A stretch of DNA of 64,000 nucleotides from Candidatus Pyrohabitans jungbluthii (GTDB taxonomy: Archaea > Hydrothermarchaeota > Hydrothermarchaeia > Hydrothermarchaeales > BMS3B): NCBI GenBank assembly GCA_002010065.2, contig MTMD02000008.1, positions 128,001 through 192,000 of the forward strand, in the 5' to 3' direction. Below are positions 37,392 through 47,047 of this stretch, piece by piece (the first letter of the stretch is position 1; the number at the start of each line of letters is the position of its first letter). Under the pieces are notes generated by a model. That model did not search any database. It was given only the letters and a program-made list of their open reading frames with translations, and was not told the origin of the DNA. A program made the position numbers and the translations under genes.

Positions 37392-39086
37392 TCAGAAGAT
37401 ACTCTTCAAAAACTTTGCGAAGAGGGCAAGCATCCTCTTTATCTTCAGCCCCTGTGACCAGTCCAGCTCCCGGCGGTCTATCATCAGCCTTTCCCTCAGC
37501 TCGTAGAGGGAAGCCTTCACATGCTCCTCCCCCAGGGTGCCCTGCCTTCTATGCGTATCTACAAAGCGGATCATCTCCTTGGATATTGCTATTCTCTGCT
37601 CTATTTCCCTTAAGGTATCCTGGGGTATTAGTCCAGCGTTCGCCTTTATCTCGGCAAGCCTCAAAGCTGCATCGTAGGACAGGTTGACTATGTCATCTTT
37701 GCTCAGGTGACTTGTGCGGTAACTGAGAAAGTCCTTCCAGGTAAGTCCGCGGTCAAGCAGCGAGTAGTGGTCCATGAGCGTATGCGCATATTTAACAAAG
37801 CCATACGCCTCTGGATTCTCGTAGGCGATTGAACCCGGGTCGAGGAAGGGTGCGTAGGGCGAGATGAAGGGTAGAAGTCTCCCGCCGCGGTGCTCCTTCA
37901 CTAAACTTTCAGCCAGCTTTAAAGTGGTGTCTATGCTCTCCTTAGTCTGCCCTCCTAGACCAATCATAAAGTACAGGTCAAATTGCCTGCAACCTGCGTC
38001 GAAGGCTTGGGTGAGCATCTTCATTAGCGCGGCGTTAGAGTAATTCCTGCCTATGATTTCCCTAACCTTCTCGTCCCCAGACTCTGGGGACATCTCTATG
38101 GTGAAGTCGTCCACGCTCCTGCCCAGCTCTTTCATAAATCCTCGCGATGGCGGTGCAAAGAACTCGAATATCAGGGGAATGTCCACCTTCTCCTTTTTAA
38201 GAAGCTCAAGCACGCGCATGCCGTATTGCTCGCCGCCAATAGCTAAATCGCCAAGAATAAACGCCGGCGCCTTGAACTCCTGTATTTTGAGAATGTCCTT
38301 CACCACCATCTCGGGCTTGCGGAAGGCAACGCTATGGCGGTTGCAGACTCTCGCATACGCGTAAGCCGAGCCCCCACAGGCTATGCAGGCGCTCTCACAG
38401 CCTTTGCGGGTGAGCACCGCCATTATCGGCCTTTCCAGGAACTCGTAGAAGGGCAGGATATCCAAACTTCGCGTCCTCAGCATGCTTTTGAAAACATAGT
38501 CATAGTCGAGGGAGAACTCGTCTAAATTAGCGGGCACATAGCGGATGGGGTTTACCCTAACCCGGGAACCCTCACGGTAGCTCAAGTTTGGGACATCGCT
38601 GAGCTTCCCTTTACCCGAGATGGCATCCATGAGTTGCACAAATGGCTTTTCCGTTGAGTCTCCGCGGAGAACAAAATCCACCTCAGGCACATTAGTTAGA
38701 AGCTCTTCATGAAAGTAGCTCGAGGAGAGGCCACCCATTATCACGGGCACATCCTCGTGAATCTGTTTGCACAGCCTTGCCAGGTTTATCGCACCATGAA
38801 CATGTGGCATCCAGTGGAGGTCAATGCCAAAAGCCTTAGCTCGCATCTTTTTAATATACGCCTCTGGATCAAAGTTTGTGTCGCGGAGCATCCGCAGCGC
38901 CAGGTTAACTATTCTTACGCGGTACCCGTGCCTCTCCAGCGTCGAGGCTATAGACACGAAGCCTATAGGATACATCTCAAATACGGGTGTAGAAGGCACC
39001 AGGTCGTTTATCGGTCCCCAGAGGATGGGCCTCTCACGAAAGTCGAAGATGCTCGGCGGGTGAAGCAGAATAAGGTCAGCCTTCAT
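37392..39086 (-). CDS. B12-binding domain radical SAM protein
   Basis: DLILLHPPS, FEMYPIGF, GIDLHW, GG, CESACIAC, SPES, FMIGL. Confidence 0.9.
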   Translation of the reverse strand: MKADLILLHPPSIFDFRERPILWGPINDLVPSTPVFEMYPIGFVSIASTLERHGYRVRIVNLALRMLRDTNFDPEAYIKKMRAKAFGIDLHWMPHVHGAINLARLCKQIHEDVPVIMGGLSSSYFHEELLTNVPEVDFVLRGDSTEKPFVQLMDAISGKGKLSDVPNLSYREGSRVRVNPIRYVPANLDEFSLDYDYVFKSMLRTRSLDILPFYEFLERPIMAVLTRKGCESACIACGGSAYAYARVCNRHSVAFRKPEMVVKDILKIQEFKAPAFILGDLAIGGEQYGMRVLELLKKEKVDIPLIFEFFAPPSRGFMKELGRSVDDFTIEMSPESGDEKVREIIGRNYSNAALMKMLTQAFDAGCRQFDLYFMIGLGGQTKESIDTTLKLAESLVKEHRGGRLLPFISPYAPFLDPGSIAYENPEAYGFVKYAHTLMDHYSLLDRGLTWKDFLSYRTSHLSKDDIVNLSYDAALRLAEIKANAGLIPQDTLREIEQRIAISKEMIRFVDTHRRQGTLGEEHVKASLYELRERLMIDRRELDWSQGLKIKRMLALFAKFLKSIF

Positions 39087-39185
39087 GCTTAGCACCGCGA
39101 AGTTTTGGTTATGGCAACAAAGCTATCGTTGAGAAATTGGAAAGTGTTAGGGAGTATGCTAGGTTTTGTCAAAAATAGATAGATA

Positions 39186-39257
39186 TGGGCCTGCCGGGAA
39201 TTGAACCCGGGCCGCGGGGTCCGAAGCCCCGCAGTCTATCCACTAGCCTACAGGCCC
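39186..39257 (-). tRNA. tRNA-Arg(TCG)
   Basis: Acceptor GGGCCTG/CAGGCCC, anticodon arm CGGGG-CTTCGGA-CCCCG, T arm CCGGG-TTCAATT-CCCGG. Confidence 0.95.
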
Positions 39258-39260
39258 CAT

Positions 39261-39536
39261 TTAGCAAAGGTCTTCGCGCAGCTCATCTGGAAGCATGTGG
39301 GGGATGTCGTCAATTATTGGATACCACCTGCCACATTCGAGGCACAGGAGCACCTCACCCTTTATGGGCTTGAGCTCGCCCGAACACTTCTTGCACCGCT
39401 CAATCTTGCACGCCTTTGCGTAAAAGCGCAGGTTGCAGCTCTCGCAGAGCAGGAAGTCTTCCTCCTTGCGGTACTCTACATCCCCCTTGCACATGGGGCA
39501 CGCGAGGATCTCAAGGAGTTCGCTGTTTATCGGCAT
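39261..39536 (-). CDS. Trm112-like protein with extra Cys-rich insertion
   Basis: LLEILACPMCK...L.C..CGRWYPI.DDIP.ML with inserted CESC and CKKC. Confidence 0.85.
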   Translation of the reverse strand: MPINSELLEILACPMCKGDVEYRKEEDFLLCESCNLRFYAKACKIERCKKCSGELKPIKGEVLLCLECGRWYPIIDDIPHMLPDELREDLC

Positions 39537-40119
39537 TTAAAATCCTCCTTATCTCGTCTGCTTTTTTAATGTCTTCCAGGCTGTTAACATTTACAGCCAA
39601 TCTGATATTTTCTGTTATATAAATCTCCTCCTTGCCTTCGAGATTCCTACCATTCACCACGTTTACCCCTGTGGGCACTAAATTGCCCATCACCAGCGTG
39701 GGAGTTAGCCCATAGCGGCGAAACACGCTTATAGGTACCAGCACCGCGAGCGCAGGCGAATCTCTGCGCCGGTACTCGCTTGCCACCTCCTCAATTTCCT
39801 GCGCTCTCAGCAGCGGAAGGTCAGAAGCCACGAGGAGGGTTGCTCCAAGACCAAGCACTTCAACAGCGAAGCGCAGGTCGGCAACGTAGCCATGTCCGGG
39901 TGTGGTTACAACCTCGACGCCAGTGTTCTTCAAAAACTCTGCTGTTCGCGGAGTATACGCAGTTGTGGCAGCGAAAATACGCTCTATGCTCCTCGCTCCG
40001 CTGAGTGCGGCAAGTACATGTGCTACCAGAGGCTTGCCATTAAACTCCAGCAGGGGCTTCTCCACCTTCAGCTTTAACCTCGTGCCCCTGCCACCAGCCA
40101 TTATCAGAGCATCCATCAC
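39511..40119 (-). CDS. cobY: Adenosylcobinamide-phosphate guanylyltransferase
   Basis: MAGGRGTRL...EKPLL, T.G.GYV.DL, DLP, NVN..ED; next to cobS. Confidence 0.85.
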   Translation of the reverse strand: MMDALIMAGGRGTRLKLKVEKPLLEFNGKPLVAHVLAALSGARSIERIFAATTAYTPRTAEFLKNTGVEVVTTPGHGYVADLRFAVEVLGLGATLLVASDLPLLRAQEIEEVASEYRRRDSPALAVLVPISVFRRYGLTPTLVMGNLVPTGVNVVNGRNLEGKEEIYITENIRLAVNVNSLEDIKKADEIRRILNADKQRTP

Positions 40120-40844
40120 ACCAGCACCAGCATTGCAACAAGCCGCGAAATCTCGTTCACAGCCCCGAACACATCTCCTGAAATTCCGCCGAAGAGCCTG
40201 TGAGAAGCTTCAACGATGAAAAGCGTGACAGCTGCGACGAGAAGGAGCACAAGCAAAGCGCTCTCCCAGGCGATGGCAAGGAAGGGGAGGTAGACCAGGA
40301 GGCTGAGGAGCATTATCTTGTGGTTACCTCGAAGCACGGTCACGAAGGCGGAGCCCATACCTGAGTGGCTGCTCTGCCTGGCTGCGTAGCCTGCGAGCAC
40401 CATCGCAAACTTGGCTGAAGCCTCTCCCACCACCAGGATGGTAAACATGCCCTTGGCTTCGTATAGCGCCAGGTATGTCAAGAGAAGCACAAAGAAGCCT
40501 GCGCCGAAGGCAGCGACGCCATGGCTAATGTCGTGCATCGCCTTAAGGCGAGCTTCTCTGCTTCCGCGCACCATTGCGGCGTCTGCAATGTCAAGAAGAC
40601 CATCTAGGTGATGAAACCCCGTTAGAAGAAAAAGCACGAGGAGTGCCACACCTGCGGCGATGCTGCGGGGGAGAAAATAGAGCGATGCAAAGGCAACAGC
40701 ACTCGCAACGAGGGCAATCATCACACCCGCCACAGGGAAGAGCCACGCTGCCCGTGCTACTTCCTCATAGCTTTTAAAGCCCATCCTTACCGGAAGAATG
40801 GTCAGAAAACCCAGACACTTTCTGAGTTCCCTTAGAGGGTTCAT
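40116..40844 (-). CDS. cobS: Cobalamin synthase
   Basis: FLTILP, TGFHHLDGL.D..D, GGISGDVFGA..E. Confidence 0.92.
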   Translation of the reverse strand: MNPLRELRKCLGFLTILPVRMGFKSYEEVARAAWLFPVAGVMIALVASAVAFASLYFLPRSIAAGVALLVLFLLTGFHHLDGLLDIADAAMVRGSREARLKAMHDISHGVAAFGAGFFVLLLTYLALYEAKGMFTILVVGEASAKFAMVLAGYAARQSSHSGMGSAFVTVLRGNHKIMLLSLLVYLPFLAIAWESALLVLLLVAAVTLFIVEASHRLFGGISGDVFGAVNEISRLVAMLVLV

Positions 40845-40868
40845 GAGATGTACTCTACGAAGGTGTAT

Positions 40869-41957
40869 TTAAGCCTGCTCCCTCTTTGGGAGCTTGACAT
40901 AGAAGATGCTCCCCCTGGGCGAGTTATCCTCAACCCATACCTCGCCACAATGGAGTTCCACTATGCGCTTGACTATAGCCAAGCCTATGCCGGTGCCCTT
41001 CACTCCAGCTTTGTCGAAGCGGGTAAACCTGGAAAAGATGCTCTCCTTGTACTCGTCGGGTATCCCTTCGCCCAAGTCTGCGATGCTTGTAATGCAGAAG
41101 CCGCCCTCCTCCCACACCCTCACGGTGATGGGACTCCCCTCGGGTGAATACTTTAGAGCGTTAGAAAGCAGGTTTGAAAAGGCCTCCTTTATAATCTCAT
41201 TCCCGATTATTCGCCCTTCTGAGTCCTTGATAAAGCTCACCTCTCTGCCTTCCATAAGAGGTGAATATTCCCTGAGGACCTTTTCCCAGAGCTCTGAGAG
41301 ACTTACTTCGCTCTTCTCCAGCGTCTCGATGCTTTCCAGCTTTGATAGCTCTTTAACATCCTCTATGAGTTTGATTATCTTGTTGAGATTCCTCTTCACA
41401 GCCTTGATGTACTCAAGAACCTCCTCATCCTTGCAGGAAGCCTCCATGAGTTCTGCAAAACTCATCGCAAGCCCTGCAGGATTCATCAAGTCGTGATGCA
41501 GGATGTCTATCAAAAGCTCCTTGAACTTGTTGCTCTTCTCAAGCTTTGCATTTGCCTCCCGTATTTCCTCCTCTAACCTGCGCTTCTCCTCCTCAAGGCG
41601 ATGCTTCTCAAGCGCGTCTTCTATCACCTTCTTTATCTTGGAAAAGCTGGATACCGACTTAACTATGTAGTCGGCGGCGCCTGATTTCATCGCTCTGGTG
41701 GCGATCTCCTCATCACCCTGCCCGGTGACCATTATCACAGGCAAGCGATGGCGATTGACAATCTCACCAAGTATCTCAAGACCATCCTCCCCGCGCAGGT
41801 TGTAGTCCAGAAGTATTATATCGAAGCCTTCCCTCTCAAGCAGGGCTCTTGCCTCATCCCAGCTGCCAGTTCCTCTTACCTCAGCATACCCTTTAAGAGC
41901 CCTGTTCACGAGTAATATATCGTCCTCATTGTCCTCTATATACAGAACCTTTATCAT
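40869..41957 (-). CDS. Receiver domain-histidine kinase hybrid
   Basis: IEDNEDD, LLDY, T, YIVK; HHDLMNP, NLLSNALKY, D.G.GI, GTGIGL. Confidence 0.93.
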   Translation of the reverse strand: MIKVLYIEDNEDDILLVNRALKGYAEVRGTGSWDEARALLEREGFDIILLDYNLRGEDGLEILGEIVNRHRLPVIMVTGQGDEEIATRAMKSGAADYIVKSVSSFSKIKKVIEDALEKHRLEEEKRRLEEEIREANAKLEKSNKFKELLIDILHHDLMNPAGLAMSFAELMEASCKDEEVLEYIKAVKRNLNKIIKLIEDVKELSKLESIETLEKSEVSLSELWEKVLREYSPLMEGREVSFIKDSEGRIIGNEIIKEAFSNLLSNALKYSPEGSPITVRVWEEGGFCITSIADLGEGIPDEYKESIFSRFTRFDKAGVKGTGIGLAIVKRIVELHCGEVWVEDNSPRGSIFYVKLPKREQA

Positions 41958-42398
41958 CTACTCCACGACCGGCGGCTGATTGGTAACTATCCAGTAGAGC
42001 TGGATATTTTTTATTGTTTCCATAAAGTCTTTAAAATTTATGGGCTTTACGATGTAGCTATTTGCCCCCAAGTCATAACAGGTTTCTATATCTATGTCGT
42101 TTTTTGATGTGGTAAGCATAACCACAGGAATTCTTCTGAGAACCTCTCTTGACTTTATGTACCTCAGCACCTCGATGCCGTCCACCTTTGGAAGCTTCAG
42201 GTCAAGAAGAATAAGCCCGGGGTGGGGGGCATCTCCCCTCTCCACACGCTTTAAGAACTCCAGCGCCTCCGCGCCGTCTCTTGCGACATGTATCTTATTC
42301 CCGAGGTTGTTCTTTTTGAAAGCCCGCAATGTGAGTTCAACATCATCTTGACTGTCTTCAACAAGCAGTATCTCTATCGCGCTGACCCTGTCCATCAT
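41958..42398 (-). CDS. Single-domain response regulator (Rcp1-like)
   Basis: ILLVEDS.DD, LLDLKLPKVDG, VMLTTS, ANSYIVKP, YW. Confidence 0.94.
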   Translation of the reverse strand: MMDRVSAIEILLVEDSQDDVELTLRAFKKNNLGNKIHVARDGAEALEFLKRVERGDAPHPGLILLDLKLPKVDGIEVLRYIKSREVLRRIPVVMLTTSKNDIDIETCYDLGANSYIVKPINFKDFMETIKNIQLYWIVTNQPPVVE

Positions 42399-43831
42399 CG
42401 CTTCACCTCCTTGGGAAGGGTGAAATAGAAGGTAGATCCCTCCCCCGGTGTTGACTCCGCCCATATCTTTCCACCGTAGGTCTCGACGATCTTCTTAACC
42501 ATGGCGAGCCCCACGCCTGTTCCTTCGTACTCGTCCTCGCGGTGCAGTCTCTGAAATATATCAAATATTTTGTCGTGGTAGCGCATGTCAAATCCTATGC
42601 CATTGTCCTTCACATAGAATAGGTAGCGGTCGCCTTCATCGCGGTAACCGATCTCTATTTCCGGCACCTCCTTGTCGTTGTACTTTAGAGCGTTTGATAT
42701 AAGGTTGGTGAAAATCTGATAAATTCGCTGCTTCTCGGCGTTCTTTATCACAGGAAGCTTTTCGGCTATTTTTATTTTTGCATTCTTCTTGTTTATCTCG
42801 TAGCTGTTGTCCTCCAAGGCAAGAGCTACCACCTCTGCTACGTTCACATCTCCCCGTACCAAGTTTATCCTCCCTATCCTGGAGTACTCAAGGAGCTCAT
42901 CTATGAGCACACCCATCTTACGCGCGCTTGAGATTATCCTATCAAGGTAGTGCTTTGCATCACCATCCAGAGTGTCGCCGTAATCCTCGAGGAGCGCAGT
43001 GGAGAAGCCCTCGATGCTGCGCAGGGGAGCCTTGAGGTCGTGGCTGATGGAGTAAACAAAGCTTTCTATCGCCTCATTTTTGCGCTTGAAACTCTCGCTT
43101 AGGGACTTCCGGAGGTTGTTGAAGGCGGTTGCAAGCATGCCTATTTCATCGCGCGATTTCACGGATATATCCTCTACTTCCTCCCCCTTCTGAATCTCCT
43201 TTGCGCTTCCTTCCACCTCCTTAATCAGCTCCTTTAAGGGTGTGCTGACGATTTTTCTGCTGAGGTAATAAACCACAACTAGGATGGAGATGGTAAGAAG
43301 CTGAAGGGTAACAAGTATGTAAAAGAAGTTTCTTTTCATGGCCATTGCTATGTCCCCATAGGGCGCAACAACGCTAACACTCCCCCTCAGCTCACCTATT
43401 TGATAATCGGGATGACAGGATATGCACCTCTCGTTTGTGTATAGCGCTCTTAGATACCTGAAGTAGCGGGTTCCGTCCTCAGCGGTTACCACCGTGTAGT
43501 ACTCAGATGTGTTCTTCTGCTTGAACATCTCCATGACACGCTTTTCCAACTCATCCGGGGCGTTTGCAGGATTTACAGGCTCGAGAGAGGTCTGCTTGAG
43601 TTTATATCCAGTAACCTCGGTGAACTCCGAAGCAACGCGAGAAATCAGCTTATGGTCTTCAATCTGAATGAGAAGCTCGGAGATGGTGCGTGAGCGCTCA
43701 AGAATCTGCTCATCGAGGCTGCGCTTCTGATAGTTGAAAATTATTATGCTTCCAGCGGAGGAAATTCCAATAATCACTACTGTAAGTGCAAGAGCCAGCT
43801 TTGTTCCTATGCTGAGGTCTCTCAGATTCAA
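42395..43831 (-). CDS. Membrane histidine kinase with extracellular CxxCH (DUF3365-like) sensor and HAMP domain
   Basis: TM, TSL.P.NP.NAPD..E, CISCH, TM, HAMP DEIG.LA.AFN, SHDLKAPLR, DNGIGF, FQRLH, GTGVGL; TTG start after GGAGG. Confidence 0.9.
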   Translation of the reverse strand: MNLRDLSIGTKLALALTVVIIGISSAGSIIIFNYQKRSLDEQILERSRTISELLIQIEDHKLISRVASEFTEVTGYKLKQTSLEPVNPANAPDELEKRVMEMFKQKNTSEYYTVVTAEDGTRYFRYLRALYTNERCISCHPDYQIGELRGSVSVVAPYGDIAMAMKRNFFYILVTLQLLTISILVVVYYLSRKIVSTPLKELIKEVEGSAKEIQKGEEVEDISVKSRDEIGMLATAFNNLRKSLSESFKRKNEAIESFVYSISHDLKAPLRSIEGFSTALLEDYGDTLDGDAKHYLDRIISSARKMGVLIDELLEYSRIGRINLVRGDVNVAEVVALALEDNSYEINKKNAKIKIAEKLPVIKNAEKQRIYQIFTNLISNALKYNDKEVPEIEIGYRDEGDRYLFYVKDNGIGFDMRYHDKIFDIFQRLHREDEYEGTGVGLAMVKKIVETYGGKIWAESTPGEGSTFYFTLPKEVKR

Positions 43832-43979
43832 AGAGATGCCTCCGTTTATATAATTTTTTATACCGAAATACTGATTTATTGAAACAAATTTCACTTGTGC
43901 GGTCTCCACGCAGGAAGAGAAAATGGAATGCAGGATTTATTAAATAGCTGGGGAGAATACCACACCGGCAGGAAGTTGT

Positions 43980-44237
43980 CTAACCACCTGACACAGGAGG
44001 GAAGAAGGCAATCTCATCCTCGTCCTTAATTCCTTGCTCCGGCTGCGCCACTTCGTGATTCACAGAGACAAAATAATTTCTTCCCTCGAAGGCTTCGGTG
44101 AGCGCAGGAAAGCGCTGCTTCAGCGCCTCTATAACGTCGCTAACCTTTGCCCCTTCTTTAACCTCAAGCTCAACCTCTGCAACGCCAGCCTTCTCGCGGA
44201 ACCAGGCGAAGAGCTTCACCTTTACCATCGCTTTCAT
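43980..44237 (-). CDS. MoaD/SAMP1-like ubiquitin-like protein
   Basis: VKLFA.FRE..G, SVN, DEIAFFPPVSGG. Confidence 0.9.
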   Translation of the reverse strand: MKAMVKVKLFAWFREKAGVAEVELEVKEGAKVSDVIEALKQRFPALTEAFEGRNYFVSVNHEVAQPEQGIKDEDEIAFFPPVSGG

Positions 44238-44254
44238 AGCCCAGGTTAACGTTG

Positions 44255-47044
44255 TCAATCCCAGTACATCCTCGTTCGAGCGTATTCGCGCTCAGCCTTT
44301 AAAATCTCCCGGTAGAGTTCCTCCTCGTTTAACGCCCTGCTGAGCACGCGCTTGGCTGTTTCAGGTCCAACTCCACGCCCTGCCTGTGCAATTATTGCGC
44401 TCTTCCCGTAGGAAAGGAAGAGGTTCGCCGACAGCTGGAGCTTTTTTATCTCCTGCTTTTCCTCTTTGCTGAGCTTCTTCCCCTGCTTATAACTCCTGTA
44501 AAGACTACGCAGCCTTCTCGCATCTCCCTTGAGCACCGCTAACATGCGCGCCTGGCAGTGCTCACAGCGCAGGTCTTTTGGCAGCGAATTTATCTTGAAG
44601 CTCGCATGCCACGAGGCGCAGTAAAGGCAGAAGAGCTCAACCCTGCGCTCCCCTATGCGCCGCTTAAGCGCCTTAAGAATGAGCCTCTCGGCTCGCTCAG
44701 GCAGAACCACCTCGCCATAGCTGCGCAGCCCCATCTCGGCTATTGGCGAGGGCTCATCGCGACGCAGCACCTCCACCTCCAGCTTACCCTCGCGTACCCT
44801 GCGAATCACATCACACGCGCGCGGTATGTCCAGGTTGTCCTTGAATATCTCTTTCAGCGTCTCCCGGTGTATGAGCGAGCCCTCATACGCGCGTATCACT
44901 CTGCGAATGCCCGCACTGGTGTAGGTGTAGTCTTTCGCTATCGCCCCGAAGCGCTTGGCAACGTGCACAAACTTCCACTTGAAAAGAGAGGTTCTCTTCA
45001 AGCTCGTAGCGAGCAAGGGCTCAATGTGGTCTGGCTCAACCTGAAATAGCGAATAAATATCCTCCTCGCCTAAACGAGTGCCGGACTGAAGTATAATCCT
45101 GTACGCATCGCTTTGGAGCGCAACGCTCTGTCCAAGCTTTGAGGTTAAAAGCAGGGAGAACACCCTGCCAAGGGTTTCGTTCACCTTCATGCCAAAGGGC
45201 GCGTGAATAATCGCCAGCCCTCCCAGAAGCTCCACATAAATCTTGCTCTTCCCGGGTACAGGTATGCCTTTGCGCAGGTGACGCTTGACCTTACTTACAG
45301 CCTGCTTTCTCGTGTAATCATCACAGGGGTAAGAAGCGAGAGCTTCCTCTGCCTTGCTTTTCGCCTTATCGCGGAGTTCTGCCACCTCTTGTGCTACTTC
45401 ATAGGGCACAGGTATCTCCTCACCCACCCAGCTTGGCACGGCACCAGTGACCTCGCTTATGGGCTCAACAAGTATCTGCTCGCCATCTATAGCGACCACA
45501 CGCCAAGGTGAACCTTTGAAGATTATCCTGCTCCCCGGCTCTGCATAGTTAACCACGAAAGCTTCGTCGAGCACGCCCACGTTTTCCCTAGTAACGAGAT
45601 TCTTGACGAAGTAACGCTTCTCATCGGGTATGGTCGAGAGGTTGTTGTAGTAGTACTGCCGCGAGTTTCGCGTTGCCCCGAAGCGCTCTTCTTCCACCCA
45701 GAGAAGGCGAAGTTCGGCGAGCAGCGAAAGCGCCTCCTCCAGCTCCTCCTCTGTGAGCTCCGCAAAGGCAAAGCTCCTGCGCAGCAGAGCAAGCGCCTCT
45801 CGCTTCTCCACCCGCTTCCGCTCCAGAGCCAAACCAACCAGCTGGTGGGCAAGCACATCATAGGGCTTAAGATGGGGCTCTATCTCCTCCAGAAGCTCCT
45901 CCTTAGCTCGCCTCGCTATGGCGAGCGCTTCAAGGGTATCATCGGCGTCGGTGGTTATAATAACACCCTTAGAAGCCAAGCCCAAGCGGTGTCCACTCCT
46001 TCCCACGCGCTGGATGATGCGCGAAACCTGGCGCGGAGACTTGTACTGGATTACCAGGTCCACACTCCCAATATCGATGCCCAGCTCCAGAGAAGAGGTG
46101 CAGATGAGCGCTTTGAGCGCGCCCTTCTTAAACTCCTCCTCCGTGGTGATTCGCACCTCCTGAGAAAGCGATGAGTGGTGTATACCGACGCTCTCGCCTA
46201 TAATCTTAAATCTCGAAGCGAGAATCTCCGCCATTTCGCGGGTGTTCACAAAGATCAGCGCATGCCTGTGCTGTGCTATAAGCTCGCGCATCCTGCGCAG
46301 CCTTGTGGCGGCGGCTATGCCAGTGAAGAGGCGCTCCGCTATTTTGCGGTCCTCGCTTTTTGGCTTCGGATACTCCACGCGAATGTCCATCTCCTTAGCG
46401 GTGCTCACCCTCACTATCTCCACAGGCGCATGGTTGCAGAGGAAGCGCGCCATTCTCTCGGGGGAACCCACAGTGGCACTTATACCTATGCGCTGAAAAT
46501 CGTATTGCGCAAGCTCGCGCAGACGCTCAAGGGCAACGCTGAGCTGCGCACCCCGCTTGTTCTCCGCGAGCTCATGCACCTCGTCCACCACAACGTAGCG
46601 CACATTTCTCAGATGCCTCCGCATCACCGGCGCGGGTAGAATCGCCTGAAGCGTCTCTGGCGTAGTTATGAGCATCTCCGGCGGAGCCAGCGCCTGCTTC
46701 CGACGCTGATACTGGGAGGTATCGCCGTGGCGAACTGCGATGCGTATCCCCAGCTTCTCTCCCCACCACTCTAAGCGGGAGAGCAGGTCTCGATTAAGGG
46801 CACGCAGGGGTGTGATGTACAGCAACGAGATGCCTTTGCTTTTCGCCTCTTCCTCAGCCAATTTACTGAAAAGAGGGAGCATAGCTGCTTCTGTCTTGCC
46901 GATGCCTGTGGGAGCTATGAGAAGCACATGTCTGCGGCTGAGAATAACTGGAATAGCCGCCTCCTGAATAGGGGTGGGCTTCTTAAAACCCGACTCGCTT
47001 AGCACATTGCGCACTCGCTGAGATAAAAGGGAGAAGGACTTCAT
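44255..47044 (-). CDS. lhr: Lhr-family DEAD/DEAH helicase
   Basis: APTGIGKT, PLRALNRD, RHGDT, DEVH, SAT, LELGIDIG, QRVGRSGH, C-terminal Zn finger. Confidence 0.94.
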   Translation of the reverse strand: MKSFSLLSQRVRNVLSESGFKKPTPIQEAAIPVILSRRHVLLIAPTGIGKTEAAMLPLFSKLAEEEAKSKGISLLYITPLRALNRDLLSRLEWWGEKLGIRIAVRHGDTSQYQRRKQALAPPEMLITTPETLQAILPAPVMRRHLRNVRYVVVDEVHELAENKRGAQLSVALERLRELAQYDFQRIGISATVGSPERMARFLCNHAPVEIVRVSTAKEMDIRVEYPKPKSEDRKIAERLFTGIAAATRLRRMRELIAQHRHALIFVNTREMAEILASRFKIIGESVGIHHSSLSQEVRITTEEEFKKGALKALICTSSLELGIDIGSVDLVIQYKSPRQVSRIIQRVGRSGHRLGLASKGVIITTDADDTLEALAIARRAKEELLEEIEPHLKPYDVLAHQLVGLALERKRVEKREALALLRRSFAFAELTEEELEEALSLLAELRLLWVEEERFGATRNSRQYYYNNLSTIPDEKRYFVKNLVTRENVGVLDEAFVVNYAEPGSRIIFKGSPWRVVAIDGEQILVEPISEVTGAVPSWVGEEIPVPYEVAQEVAELRDKAKSKAEEALASYPCDDYTRKQAVSKVKRHLRKGIPVPGKSKIYVELLGGLAIIHAPFGMKVNETLGRVFSLLLTSKLGQSVALQSDAYRIILQSGTRLGEEDIYSLFQVEPDHIEPLLATSLKRTSLFKWKFVHVAKRFGAIAKDYTYTSAGIRRVIRAYEGSLIHRETLKEIFKDNLDIPRACDVIRRVREGKLEVEVLRRDEPSPIAEMGLRSYGEVVLPERAERLILKALKRRIGERRVELFCLYCASWHASFKINSLPKDLRCEHCQARMLAVLKGDARRLRSLYRSYKQGKKLSKEEKQEIKKLQLSANLFLSYGKSAIIAQAGRGVGPETAKRVLSRALNEEELYREILKAEREYARTRMYWD

Positions 47045-47047
47045 AGG

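Noticed and set aside
41955-41960. In-frame TAG-ATG between the response regulator and the REC-kinase
   Set aside because: Ordinary abutting genes with GGAG just upstream; the same abutting pattern occurs with TGA at 11477..11482 and 27111..27116.
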